Source: an uncultured Acidobacteriaceae bacterium (GTDB lineage: Bacteria; Acidobacteriota; Terriglobia; Terriglobales; Acidobacteriaceae). From it: a stretch of 64,000 nucleotides of DNA. Below are positions 40,019 to 52,136 of the stretch, in pieces. The stretch covers positions 2,340 through 66,339 of the forward strand of contig CAWBUI010000005.1 in assembly GCA_963791875.1 (NCBI GenBank), read 5' to 3'. Both the position numbers and the translations under genes were made by a program. Each line of letters opens with the position of its first letter. Within the stretch, counting starts at the first letter, position 1. The notes beneath the pieces are model-generated. The model was not told where the DNA came from and ran no database searches. It was given only the letters and a program-made list of their open reading frames with translations.

Positions 40019-41389
40019 ATGAGTCATCGTCGTCGCTTCCTCGTAATCGGCCTTTGTGCCGCCCTTGGCGCAGCCGGAATCCCTGCTGCCCCCGAGGCGC
40101 TTGCAGAGGACAAGGTGCTGGCGTCCACCCCGCCAATGGGTTGGAACAGTTGGGATTCCTATGGCACCACCATCAAGGAAGCGGAAGTAAAGGCCAACGC
40201 CGACTTCATGGCGCAGAAGCTCGCCAGCTTCGGGTGGCAATACATCATCGTGGACATCGAGTGGTATCAGCCCAACGCGAAAGCCCACGGCTATATCCCG
40301 CGCGGACCCGTGACGATCGATGCGTTTGGCCGCTTCGTCCCGTCGCCAAACCGGTTCCCGTCCGCAGCCGGCGACGCTGGCTTCAAGTCTCTGGCAGACT
40401 ATGTTCACGCCAAGGGACTCAAATTCGGCTTTCACATCATGCGCGGCATCTCCCGCGAGGCCGTCGATAAGAACCTCCCCATCAAAGGAACAAATCTCCA
40501 CGCCGCAGACATCGCCGACAAGGTTAACGTGTGCCGCTGGCCTGACATGGAGGACACCTACGGCGTCGATATGACCAAGCCCGGCGCGCAGGAGTACTAC
40601 GACTCCATCGCCCAGCTCTACGCCTCCTGGGGCGCCGACTACATCAAGGCGGACGACATGGCCGGCCGCTGGCCTGAGATCCATGCTCTGAGCGTCGCTC
40701 TGCGCAAGACGGGCCGCCCCATAGTCCTCAGTCTTTCGCCGGGCGGCTCGCAGCCGGGCAGGTATGACGACCTTCGCGCCAACGCGCAGATGTGGCGCAT
40801 CTCCGGCGACTTCTGGGACCGCTGGAGCGACGTCAAGCGGCAGTTCGACAACACCAAGCGCTGGCAGGGCCTCGTGCACCCCGGCGGATGGCCCGACGCC
40901 GACATGCTTCCGCTCGGCCACATCGGACTACGCGCCGAACGCGGGGACGATCGACCGAGCCTCCTCACCCACGATGAGCAGTACACCCTGATGTCTTTGT
41001 GGTCCATCTTCCGCTCGCCCCTCATGATGGGCGGAGACCTGCCCACAAGCGACGCGTTCACCCTCGACCTGCTCACAAACCCTGAAGTGCTCGCGGTCGA
41101 CCAGCACAGCGAGGCCGGCTACGAGTCGTACCGTGAAGCAGGCATCATCGCCTGGACCGCCGATGTGCCCTCCTCCGACGCAAGGTATGTGGCCGTCTTC
41201 AACACCACGGACACCGACCAGAACATCAACCTCCCCTGGACCGCCGTGGGCCTGCGCGGTGCCCCCACTGCCATCCGCGATCTTTGGCAGCGCCAGGACG
41301 AGAAGAGCACTGCCACCCTGCACACCACCTTGCGACCGCACGCGAGCGTGCTCTATAGAGTGGCGCCCCCACAAAGAACAATCCGCTAA
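40019..41389 (+). CDS. GH27 alpha-galactosidase / beta-L-arabinopyranosidase
   Basis: HRRRFL signal; TPPMGWNSWD, VDIEWY, DYIKADD, WRISGDFWD, WPDADMLP, SPLMMGGD. Confidence 0.93.
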   Translation: MSHRRRFLVIGLCAALGAAGIPAAPEALAEDKVLASTPPMGWNSWDSYGTTIKEAEVKANADFMAQKLASFGWQYIIVDIEWYQPNAKAHGYIPRGPVTIDAFGRFVPSPNRFPSAAGDAGFKSLADYVHAKGLKFGFHIMRGISREAVDKNLPIKGTNLHAADIADKVNVCRWPDMEDTYGVDMTKPGAQEYYDSIAQLYASWGADYIKADDMAGRWPEIHALSVALRKTGRPIVLSLSPGGSQPGRYDDLRANAQMWRISGDFWDRWSDVKRQFDNTKRWQGLVHPGGWPDADMLPLGHIGLRAERGDDRPSLLTHDEQYTLMSLWSIFRSPLMMGGDLPTSDAFTLDLLTNPEVLAVDQHSEAGYESYREAGIIAWTADVPSSDARYVAVFNTTDTDQNINLPWTAVGLRGAPTAIRDLWQRQDEKSTATLHTTLRPHASVLYRVAPPQRTIR

Positions 41390-41434
41390 CTGGAAGCCTG
41401 TCACCGGGTCCACCTGCACGAGATCCGGTGATAA

Positions 41435-41446
41435 GCAAACGTTTAC
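41435..41446. promoter_or_regulatory. LacI-type operator upstream of TonB receptor 2
   Basis: GCAAACGTTTAC. Confidence 0.7.
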
Positions 41447-41502
41447 TGTGATCAGCCCGACATCATCCGCCGCTCATGAAGCCGCTCTCCATGGAGGCTC
41501 GC

Positions 41503-44500
41503 ATGCCTTCCTCGCACCCAAAGTCGCCGTTGCGTTCAATACGGACGTGCGCGTGAATGCGGCTCTCACCGTGGGCTCGGAGACCCAGGTCGTCACCGTA
41601 GAGGCTGGGTCGGTCGAGTTACAGACAGATCGTGCCCATGTGCACACCACGATCAGTTCCAAGGAGCTGGTCGACCTCCCGTCGCCCACGCGCACCTATG
41701 AAACCCTCGTCGGACTCACTCCCGGAGTCAACCCTCCCACCGGCGGTTTTGCCGGCGGCGGCGGCACCAACAATCCCGCGCGCTCAGTCATCGTTGAGGC
41801 GAACGGCACCAGCAACAGCGGCACCGATGTTCGCATCGATGGCGTCAGCGCCGTCAATGCCTGGGTGCAGTACTATTCCACCGCGGTCCCGTCGACGGAG
41901 GCCATCCAGGCCGTCAACGTCGTCACCGGCTCGCCCGACGCGGAACAGAGCCTCGCGAGCGGCGCCACCGTCAATGTCGAGATCAAGAGCGGCACGAACA
42001 AGTTTCATGGCGAGGTGTACGAGTACCACGAGGACAACGTCCTTAAGGCAAGACCCTATGCCTTCACCGTAACTCAGCTCACCAACCGCAAGCCCAAGCT
42101 CGTGGACAATGACTTCGGCGGGACCTTAGGCGGCCCGATCAAGCACAACAATATCTTCTTCTTCGCTAGTTATGAAGGCGACTTCACCAGCAATCAGGGC
42201 ACGACGTTTCAGACCATCCCGACCGGTACCTCCGGCCCCAACCAGACTCCTACGGGCGAGCGCGCAGGCGACTTCAGCCATGCGCCAGCGTTCACTCCTG
42301 GAACGAACTGCAACGACTTCACCCAGACCGCCAAGCAACTGCAGGGCTGCATCTATGACCCCGCGCTAACTACACTCAACCCCGTCACCGGGAAATATAC
42401 CCAGGTCGCCTTCGCCAACAACATCATTCCTGGCAGCCGCCTCAGTTCCATCACTCAGCAGCTCGTCGCCCTGCTGCCCGCAGTAAACGTTGCAACCCCG
42501 ACGGACAGCAACGACTACCTCAGCACCTACCCGAATACTTACACGCTGCATAAGCTCGACACTAAAACAACGTGGGACGCCAGCTCCAGGCTGCGCATCT
42601 CGGGCAGGTACAGTCAGTATCCCTATAGCGGCACCCAGGGGTCTACCTTGGGCGACCAGTTGGGCGGAGGCAACTTCCACACCCAAAACGGCGACATCTT
42701 TGCCAGTGCGGTGGCTGCGAATTTTCTGGCTACGCAGCGCCTGCTCTTCGATGGCTCCTTCGGCTTCACGCGTGCCATCCAGAACCTCATCCCGCCGCGC
42801 AACAATCAACGAGTCGGCTCCGACATCCTCGGCATTCCCGGCACCAACCTCGGCACCCTGCGCGCGGCCGGCGGCCTGCCGGACTTCAACATCAGTGGTT
42901 ACTCCTTCTACGGCTACTCCTATCCGTACCTCAACTACACCGACCCCGTGCTGCAATACGCCGCAAACGGAAGCTGGTCCCGTGGCAGCCACAACTTCAA
43001 GTTCGGCGCGCTGGTCGCCCAGCAGCGGATGAACCACATCGAAAACAACCCCACCTACCTCGGCTTCAACGGAGGATCCACCACTCTCTACGGCCAGGCC
43101 ATCGCCGCCGATAACAGTTACGCCGACTTCCTGCTGGGCGCCGTCAACAATCGCCAGAACAGTCAGATCGTCGACGTCGTAGCCCTGCACACCTGGCAGT
43201 ACAGCGGCTACGCCCGCGACCAGTGGCAGGTTCGCAAGGACCTCACGCTGTCCCTTGGCCTCAGCTACGAGTACTATCCCGTTCCTGCTCGCGGCGGCGC
43301 CCGCCAGGGGATCGAGCACTTCGACTTCTCCACCAATACGTACCAGATCTGCGGCAACGCAGGCATACCCAACGACTGTGGAATTCACGTCGAGAAGACC
43401 CTCTTCGATCCGCGCATCGGTGTCGCCTACCGACCCCGGGACAAGTCCGTCTTTCGCGCCGGCTTCGGCATCTCCCACGAGCAGCTCAACATGTTTCGCG
43501 ACGGCATCTACAACTATCCCGTGCGCCTCGGATACGTCGACTCCGCGCCCAACACCTATCTTCCCTTGTCCTACGTGCAGCAGGGCATTCCGGTACTTTC
43601 GCCCCCGGCCGCGGGAGTCGGCGCCATTCCTCTCTCTTCATTCCCCAAAGGCCTTTCCTTCCAGGCCTCCACCGATCTCAACTTCGTGCGCGGCTACGTT
43701 GAGAGTTACAACGCCGCCTTCCAGCAGGACATGGGCGGCGGTTGGATCTTCTCGCTCGGCTACGTGGGCACCCACACCGTTCATCAACACACGCGCTACA
43801 ACGCCAACGCCGGCACCGTGCTCGGCGCGGGTGCCAGCGGACAGTACTTCTACACCCTCCCCGTGCCTACCGGCGGCACCTTGGGTGTCACCGCGTCCGA
43901 GGTCGTCATCAAGCCCGCCGAATCGATGACCTACAACTCCATGCAGTCCACCCTCGACAGGCGCTTCAATCACGGGTTCCAGATGCACGTTGCCTACACC
44001 TGGTCCCATTGGATGGCGATCTGCTGCGACACCAGCGGTGACGGCGGACCTTCGATCTATATTCCTCAGTACTACCACCTCAACTATGTCGCCTCTCCCG
44101 GAGACATCCGCCACAACATGGTGATCGCCGCGATCTACGAGCTTCCCTTCGGCAAGAACAAGTCGTTCCTCACCCACGGAATCGGTTCGGCTCTCGCGGG
44201 CGGGTGGCAGGCCAACACCGTCATCGGCCTGCACACCGGAACGCCGTTCAACATTACCTCCGGCGGCGGGGCCAATCTCAACGCCCCCAACAACACGCAG
44301 ACACCCGACCTCATCGCACCTCTCCAATACCTGAACCCAAAGACAACACCCAACCACCAGTTTCTCAGCCCGGCCTCGTTCCAGGAGGTTCCCAGCGCAG
44401 TGACGACGGGCATCTATCGCTTCGGCAGCCTGGGTCTCGACACCGCACGCGGACCTAATTTTGAGAACGTCGACTTCGGCCTCTTCCGTAGCTTCCCCAT

Positions 44501-44708
44501 CCGTGAAAAGGTGCAGATGCAGTTCCGCGGTGAGGCCCTGAATCTCCTCAACCACACCAACTTCTCCAACCCTGGCGGAGGCTTCAGCACCACCACCGCG
44601 ACCAATACCGCGACCGCGGGCTCGCTCTTCAACATTACCGGTGTCAACTCGGGCACGCACCAGATCGCAGAGCGCTACTTCCGCATCGGTCTCAAAGTGC
44701 TGTTCTAA
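41503..44708 (+). pseudogene. TonB-dependent receptor 2 with N-terminal deletion (no signal peptide)
   Basis: Paralog of the 31699 receptor from KVAVAFNTDVRVNA onward; the GGAGG-preceded ATG at 41503 is out of frame with the body; intact C-terminus RYFRIGLKVLF. Confidence 0.75.
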
Positions 44709-45965
<1,257 letters not shown>

Positions 45966-45981
45966 GAGCTTCCCTTTGAAG

Positions 45982-47718
45982 ATGAATTCTTTGCATCCGA
46001 CACGCCGCCAGTCAATTCTCGGCCTCGCCGCTTCCGCCGTATGTGCGGCAACAACCCCTAAGCTGCTGGCCCAAAAGCTGCTGGCCCAAGCAGTGCCCGC
46101 CCAGGCGATAGGCCATGAAGACGCGGCAGCGGCGTTGGCCGCGGACCAGGGGGCGCGGGCAAAGAACGCCTCTGCCGACCCGTGGACCAACCACGACACG
46201 CCGGAGATGGTGGCGGAGGCCCTGGTGGGCGTTCCGCTACCGCCTCCAGGGCCGTACCAGGAGACTTGGGAGTCGATTGCCGCGCACTGGCAGGTACCCG
46301 AGTGGTTTCGCGATGCCAAGTTCGGGATCTACATGCACCTGGGCATCTTCTCCGTTCCGGCGCACGCCAGCGAGTGGTACGTGCGCTACATGTACGGCGG
46401 CAACGCCGACGTGATGAAGTGGCATACCGAGCACTACGGACCGCCTACCAAGTTCGGCTATAAGGACTTTCTGCCGATGTACACCATGGCGAAGTGGGAT
46501 CCGGACGCGTGGGCGACGCTCTTTCAGAAGGCCGGCGCGAAATACGTCTATGCGCCGGGCGAGCATCACGATGGATTTTCCAACTGGAACAGCAAGATCA
46601 ATCGGTTCAACTCGGTGAACTTCGGGCCGCATCGGGATATCGACGGCGACCTGATGAAGGCGGTGGAGAGGGTTGGGCTGAAGACGGGCGTATCAAATCA
46701 TTCAAACCCGCACTTCCTGTTCATTCCGGCGCTCAAGGACAGCGATCAGTACGATCCAGCTTGGGCGGACATGTACAGCGTAGCCGACCGCAGCGAGGAC
46801 GCGCGCATACGTTTCCTCCGCAACTGGCTGACGAAGAACATGGAGCTGATCGACCTTTACAAACCGGACATGCTTTGGTTCGACATGAGCACCGACCGGA
46901 CCTGGGGCCCGCTGAAGCTGCGGCTGGCGGCGTACTACTACAACCGTGCCGCGCAATGGGGTAAGCAGGTCGCGATAAGCGCGAAGGGCGACTGCTTCCC
47001 CTCCGGCATGATCACAGACTACGAGCGCGAGGGCCGCGCGCCGATGGAGCTGACGGACTGGGTATGGCAACCGGATGACCCGATCCAGGATAAGTTCGGC
47101 TACGTTGAGGGAGTGCACCCGGCGACGGCGAGTTCCTTTGTCTACAAGATCATCGAGAACACGAGTAAGAATGGCAACTTGCTGCTGAATATTTCGCCAC
47201 GGGCGGATGGGACGATTCCGCAGGAACAACAGGATGTGCTGCTGGCGATCGGCAAGTGGCTGAATGTGAACGGCGAGGCGATCTACAAGACGCGACCGTG
47301 GATGAAGTATGGCGAAGGGCCGGCTGCGGACGCGGCGGCAGCGTGCATGGTTAATGCCCGCGCGAAGGGATTTGCCGGGCGCACGAATGGGCAGAACATG
47401 GGCGATGCTAATGTTTCCGGCGGAGGAATTCCGCGTCACGGCTATACACCGCAGGACATCCGCTTCGCTACCCATGGCAACACGCTCTATGCCATCGTGA
47501 TGAAGTGGCCAGACAATGAGGTGGCGATCACTTCACTCGCAAAGGGGAAGGAGCTACCAGGAAAGGTTACCAAGGTTGAACTGCTGGGGCATGCCGGACA
47601 ACTGGCATTTACGCAGGACGATTCTGGGCTGCGTGTAAAGTTTCCGAGCGAAAGGCCATGCGACTTTGCCTATGCGCTGAAATTGAGTGGCCTGAAACTT
47701 AAGGATTCAACACGTTGA
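45982..47718 (+). CDS. GH29 alpha-L-fucosidase (Tat signal)
   Basis: TRRQSIL; PEWFRDAKFGIYMH, EHHDGF, LWFD, SKNGNLLLNI, NGEAIY. Confidence 0.93.
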   Translation: MNSLHPTRRQSILGLAASAVCAATTPKLLAQKLLAQAVPAQAIGHEDAAAALAADQGARAKNASADPWTNHDTPEMVAEALVGVPLPPPGPYQETWESIAAHWQVPEWFRDAKFGIYMHLGIFSVPAHASEWYVRYMYGGNADVMKWHTEHYGPPTKFGYKDFLPMYTMAKWDPDAWATLFQKAGAKYVYAPGEHHDGFSNWNSKINRFNSVNFGPHRDIDGDLMKAVERVGLKTGVSNHSNPHFLFIPALKDSDQYDPAWADMYSVADRSEDARIRFLRNWLTKNMELIDLYKPDMLWFDMSTDRTWGPLKLRLAAYYYNRAAQWGKQVAISAKGDCFPSGMITDYEREGRAPMELTDWVWQPDDPIQDKFGYVEGVHPATASSFVYKIIENTSKNGNLLLNISPRADGTIPQEQQDVLLAIGKWLNVNGEAIYKTRPWMKYGEGPAADAAAACMVNARAKGFAGRTNGQNMGDANVSGGGIPRHGYTPQDIRFATHGNTLYAIVMKWPDNEVAITSLAKGKELPGKVTKVELLGHAGQLAFTQDDSGLRVKFPSERPCDFAYALKLSGLKLKDSTR

Positions 47719-47920
47719 ACCGTGCTCCAAATTCTCTTATTTGCTGAATCGGTGCAGACAAAAATCCCTTCCTGAAACCCAGTCACATCCTTCTGCTCTC
47801 CAGCACGCGTTCGACTAGTATGCCCGGAAAGCATGGCAAGGCCCAGTGCAATCGATCGTGTGCTGGGTTATCTCGGTGGCCATAGCAAACTATCTTTCGG
47901 TGAAAGGCGAGCGGCAAATC

Positions 47921-49213
47921 ATGAGAAAGACGCAGAACCAGATGTTCGACACACGGTTGAGTCGGCGAACTTTGTTGGCAGATGCAGCTCTCGTTACCGC
48001 GGGTATGCTCGTTTCCCGTGGCCTGCGTTCTCAAAGCTCTGCCCCCGCACGTTCGCCCGGGGGGATGAACGGCATTGCTCCCGGTACTCCAATGCCCACG
48101 GATGGCAAGAGCCCATACGCCTACTCCGGAATCAGCGGCGCTGGCTGGCCCGTCGACGCCGCGAGCGCCCACGGCGGCTATCGTTCCGGCTCGGGAGGCC
48201 TCGCCTACGCGGGTGAACATCCCTACCCCTTCCCTACCCAGGTACTGACTGAGCGGGACGCCTCGGGCTCTGCCGTCACAGCGGGCCTCCTTCCGCCGAT
48301 AAAGCCCATCATCGAGGTCCAGGTGCGCGACACCATCGTCTGTAAGGGCGGCGATGGCAACTTCTACATGACCGGTTCCACCGGCGAAAACATTTGGGCT
48401 TACAACCGCGGCGTGGAGCTGTGGAGCTCTCCCGACCTTCAGTCCTGGCACTACCTCGGGCTGGTCTGGGACATGGATAAAGAAGCTACCTGGGAGAAGG
48501 CCTGGCGCCCGCTGCACGATAAACCTTGCCGCGCTATCTGGGCACCCGAAATCCATTACCTGCGCGGAAACTACTACATATGTCTCTCGATTGCGCCTAC
48601 AGGGATTTCGATTCTGAAGAGCACCACCGGCAAACCTGCCGGCCCGTATGTCCACGCATTTTCCCCGGAAAAGCCCATCATCAATGCGATCGACCCCACG
48701 CTCTTCGAGGACACTGACGGCAAAGTTTATTTCACCGCCAGCTCGGCCACGCGCATCGTCAAACTTAAAGATGACCTCTCCGGCCTCGCCGGGGACTGGC
48801 ACGCTGTTCAACTGGCAGACCCGGACCACACGCCCTCGCATCATGCGGACCGTTGCACTCCACGAGGTTCGAACGATCTCGGGACCGAGGGCGCAGTTCT
48901 TTTCAAGGCCAACGGCATCTACTATCTCGGTGCGGCGGACAGCTACGAGGGGCGCTACTCCACATGCCTGGCTATGTCGGACAACATCTTCGGCCCTTAC
49001 CATAGGCGCCACGAATCGGTGCCGTGCGGCGGAGGAACCGGGTTCTTCCAGGACCACTCTGGCGGCTGGTGGTCGAGCTACTTCGGCAACGATTCGCAGT
49101 CCCCATTCCGCGAGAAGCCAGCAATCGTGAAAGTCGACTTCGCCTCCGACGGCCGCGTCATTGTGGCAGCGAAGCAGCCGTTCGTGCCCAACTACGTGCC
49201 GAAAAAATATTAG
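47921..49213 (+). CDS. GH43-family glycoside hydrolase (Tat signal)
   Basis: SRRTLL; VRDT, YMTGST, WAPEIHY, IDPTLF, TEGA. Confidence 0.88.
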   Translation: MRKTQNQMFDTRLSRRTLLADAALVTAGMLVSRGLRSQSSAPARSPGGMNGIAPGTPMPTDGKSPYAYSGISGAGWPVDAASAHGGYRSGSGGLAYAGEHPYPFPTQVLTERDASGSAVTAGLLPPIKPIIEVQVRDTIVCKGGDGNFYMTGSTGENIWAYNRGVELWSSPDLQSWHYLGLVWDMDKEATWEKAWRPLHDKPCRAIWAPEIHYLRGNYYICLSIAPTGISILKSTTGKPAGPYVHAFSPEKPIINAIDPTLFEDTDGKVYFTASSATRIVKLKDDLSGLAGDWHAVQLADPDHTPSHHADRCTPRGSNDLGTEGAVLFKANGIYYLGAADSYEGRYSTCLAMSDNIFGPYHRRHESVPCGGGTGFFQDHSGGWWSSYFGNDSQSPFREKPAIVKVDFASDGRVIVAAKQPFVPNYVPKKY

Positions 49214-49290
49214 CTGCATCCGCGGCTGCGCCGTGACTTAAGTACAGCCTCGCCATTACAAGTCCGCGAAGACCGCGGAGAGGATTCCCA

Positions 49291-51822
49291 ATGACGGTAT
49301 CGCGAAGGCATTTCATCGAGACAAGCGCACTCTGCGCCAGCGGGCTTTTACTCAAAGAAGCGGCTTCTCCCTTTCAGATGAACGCGCAGACATCGTCGTC
49401 AAACACGGTGGTTGAAGTTGGACCGAGCATGCCTGCTCTCACGGCGAGGCAGGAATTCAACCTTGATCAAAATTGGCAGTTCTATCGGCCGAATGGGAAC
49501 TCGGCCAATTCGACTCCAGGTCGCTCTGCCAATGACGAGCTACCGACCCTCGCCACAGCCTCTTGGGATGCAGTAACTCTTCCGCACTCCGTCCGGCTCG
49601 AGCCTCGCGATGCCAGCGGAGGCCAGAATTACCAGGGTATCTGCTGGTATAGAAAACAACTTCACCTAAAGCCGGAGTGGGAGAAGCAGATCCTCTATGT
49701 CACTTTTCATGGAGCTATGCAGGTGGCCGACGTTTGGTTGAATGGAGTCCACCTCACAACGCATTACGGCGGATACATCCCCTTCACGATAGACGTTGGG
49801 AAAGCCGCTCGTTTTGATCAAGAGAACATTCTCACGGTGCGTCTGGATAACTCGGACAATCCCGAAGTACCTCCGGGCAAACCGCAGCACTCGCTTGATT
49901 TCACATACTTCGGCGGCCTCTACCGCAGCGTGCAGCTTCAGGTGCTTCACCCCCTGCACATCAGCAACGCCATTCTCGCCGGCAAAGTCGCAGGCGGAGG
50001 CATCTTCGTTACATACCCTCAGGTTGACGCAGGCTCAGCTTTGGTCAAGGTTCAGAGCGACGTCGCCAACGAGAGCGGCGGTTCAAGAACTTGTGTAGTC
50101 AAGCACACACTCGCCACACACTCGGGCCAGATCGTAGCTACAGTCCAGGCCCGCGCCCAGATCGCAGCCCACGCCAGCCTCGCGATAGTGCAGAGCCTCC
50201 AGGTGCATAACCCGAAGCTGTGGCATCCCGCCGACCCGCACCTCTATCTGCTGCACACCACGGTAAGCGAAAACGGCGCGGTTACGGACGACGAATACAC
50301 GCGCCTCGGCATACGCAGTATTCACTTTGACAAGAGCACCGGCCTGTCGATCAATGGGGAGCGCTTCTTCTCGATCGGGGCGAATCGGCATCAGGACCAT
50401 CCGTACGTCGGATACGCGTTGCCCGCATCAGCGCACTACCGTGATGCCTACAAGCTGCGCGACGCAGGGTTCACCTCGTATCGCAGCCACTATCCGCAGG
50501 ATCCGAACTTCATGGATGCCTGCGACGAGCTCGGCATCCTGGCCATCGTCTCGAACCCTGGCTGGCAATTTATGGGGGACGATGTCTTCAAGCAGCGTGC
50601 TTACCAGGATGCACGCGAGATGATCCGCCGTGATCGCAACCGTCCATCAGTGATCTTGTGGGAGGTTCCGATGAATGAGACGGACAATCGTTCAGTCGCC
50701 GCCGAGCTTTACAAGATTGTTCACGAAGAGTTTCCCGGGCCGGACGTTTACGCCTCGGGGGATCCAATTACGCAGGGCCCCGTAGAAGGCTTTAATGGCT
50801 GGGACCTAGAGTACGGGAGTGGCGGAGCAGGACATAGCCAGCAGCAACCACCCACCAGGCCGAGGTGGATTCGCGAGTGGGGTGACCAGGTGGACAATTG
50901 GAGCGACCAGCAGGGTCGTGTGCGCGTCGCCCGTTCCTGGGGTGAGACGCCTATGCTGGTGCAGGCAGGCAGTCATCTCCGAGCGCTGGACAACATCTAC
51001 GCGGCCTCAACCACGCTGAGCGGCGCGGACCTCTGGGCCGGCATCGACGCGTATCGCGGATATCACCACCAGCCCTTCCTCGGCGCGCCTCTCGACTTGT
51101 TCCGTCTTCCCAAGTTCGACTACTACATGTTCCAGAGCCAGCGGCCGGTGGACATGACAACGTTGAAGGTCGGCAGCGGGCCCATGGTTTTCATCGCCAA
51201 TTACGCCTCGTTCTACTCGCCTTCGAACGTCACCGTCTTTAGCAATTGTGAAGAGGTGCGTCTCACCCTGAACGGAAAGGAGCTCGGCACCCAACCTCCG
51301 GATATCGGATACTACCTTCCGCACCCACCGTTCACCTTCAAAGCAGGAGATTTCAGCACCACCCGCAGCATGCTGTTTTCGAATGGTATCGCCCCCGCGG
51401 GCACACAGATCGGCGAGCTGCGTGCCGAAGGACTGACGGGCGGCAGGGTCGTTGCGACTCACTTGATCCACTCGCCCGGGGTACCGACAAGCCTTCGACT
51501 TACTGTTGACGCCTGTGGCCGCGATCCGATTGCGGACGGCGCCGACTGGGTGCGCGTCTACGCCCATGTCTGCGATGCGCGCGGCAACACCCACCCCCTT
51601 GCGGACGATTTCGTTACGTTTTCAGTACTCGGAAATGGTTTTTTGATTGGGACGCGAGACATCTTAGCTAATCCGGTGCGGGCGGAGTCAGGCATCGCTA
51701 CCAACCTCGTCAGTATGACCATGACTCCGGGCTCAATCACGATCCGCGCCTCCGCACCCGGACTTAGGGACGCAACCGTGACGTTGGAATCGAAGCCCTA
51801 CAGTGGCCCCTTGCGGCTTTGA
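49291..51822 (+). CDS. GH2-family glycoside hydrolase (Tat signal)
   Basis: SRRHFI; YFGGLYR, GANRHQD, RSHYPQ, RDRNRPSVILWE, NE acid/base. Confidence 0.92.
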   Translation: MTVSRRHFIETSALCASGLLLKEAASPFQMNAQTSSSNTVVEVGPSMPALTARQEFNLDQNWQFYRPNGNSANSTPGRSANDELPTLATASWDAVTLPHSVRLEPRDASGGQNYQGICWYRKQLHLKPEWEKQILYVTFHGAMQVADVWLNGVHLTTHYGGYIPFTIDVGKAARFDQENILTVRLDNSDNPEVPPGKPQHSLDFTYFGGLYRSVQLQVLHPLHISNAILAGKVAGGGIFVTYPQVDAGSALVKVQSDVANESGGSRTCVVKHTLATHSGQIVATVQARAQIAAHASLAIVQSLQVHNPKLWHPADPHLYLLHTTVSENGAVTDDEYTRLGIRSIHFDKSTGLSINGERFFSIGANRHQDHPYVGYALPASAHYRDAYKLRDAGFTSYRSHYPQDPNFMDACDELGILAIVSNPGWQFMGDDVFKQRAYQDAREMIRRDRNRPSVILWEVPMNETDNRSVAAELYKIVHEEFPGPDVYASGDPITQGPVEGFNGWDLEYGSGGAGHSQQQPPTRPRWIREWGDQVDNWSDQQGRVRVARSWGETPMLVQAGSHLRALDNIYAASTTLSGADLWAGIDAYRGYHHQPFLGAPLDLFRLPKFDYYMFQSQRPVDMTTLKVGSGPMVFIANYASFYSPSNVTVFSNCEEVRLTLNGKELGTQPPDIGYYLPHPPFTFKAGDFSTTRSMLFSNGIAPAGTQIGELRAEGLTGGRVVATHLIHSPGVPTSLRLTVDACGRDPIADGADWVRVYAHVCDARGNTHPLADDFVTFSVLGNGFLIGTRDILANPVRAESGIATNLVSMTMTPGSITIRASAPGLRDATVTLESKPYSGPLRL

Positions 51823-52136
51823 GTGTCGTAGCGGCATACATTGCGCACCCACGTCCGAGCCGGCACCACGTCCCGGAATCTTCAACTGAGTTGACTCCAC
51901 CGGGACATCGGAACGGTAACTTTGCTGCGCGGAATGTCGGCTGGTACTTCGTAGAACTTATGTTGCGGGGTAACGCCTCGCCGCGCCGCATGAGATGACG
52001 GGACGGCTGATCATCAGTTCGAATGACATAATGGCGAGGGATGTTGGACGTGATCTCTAGTTCACCACTCGCAGTGTGCTTGTTGGGGAACGGAGTCGGC
52101 CGGAACATCAAACCGAGACTCGAGAGGATTCACTCG

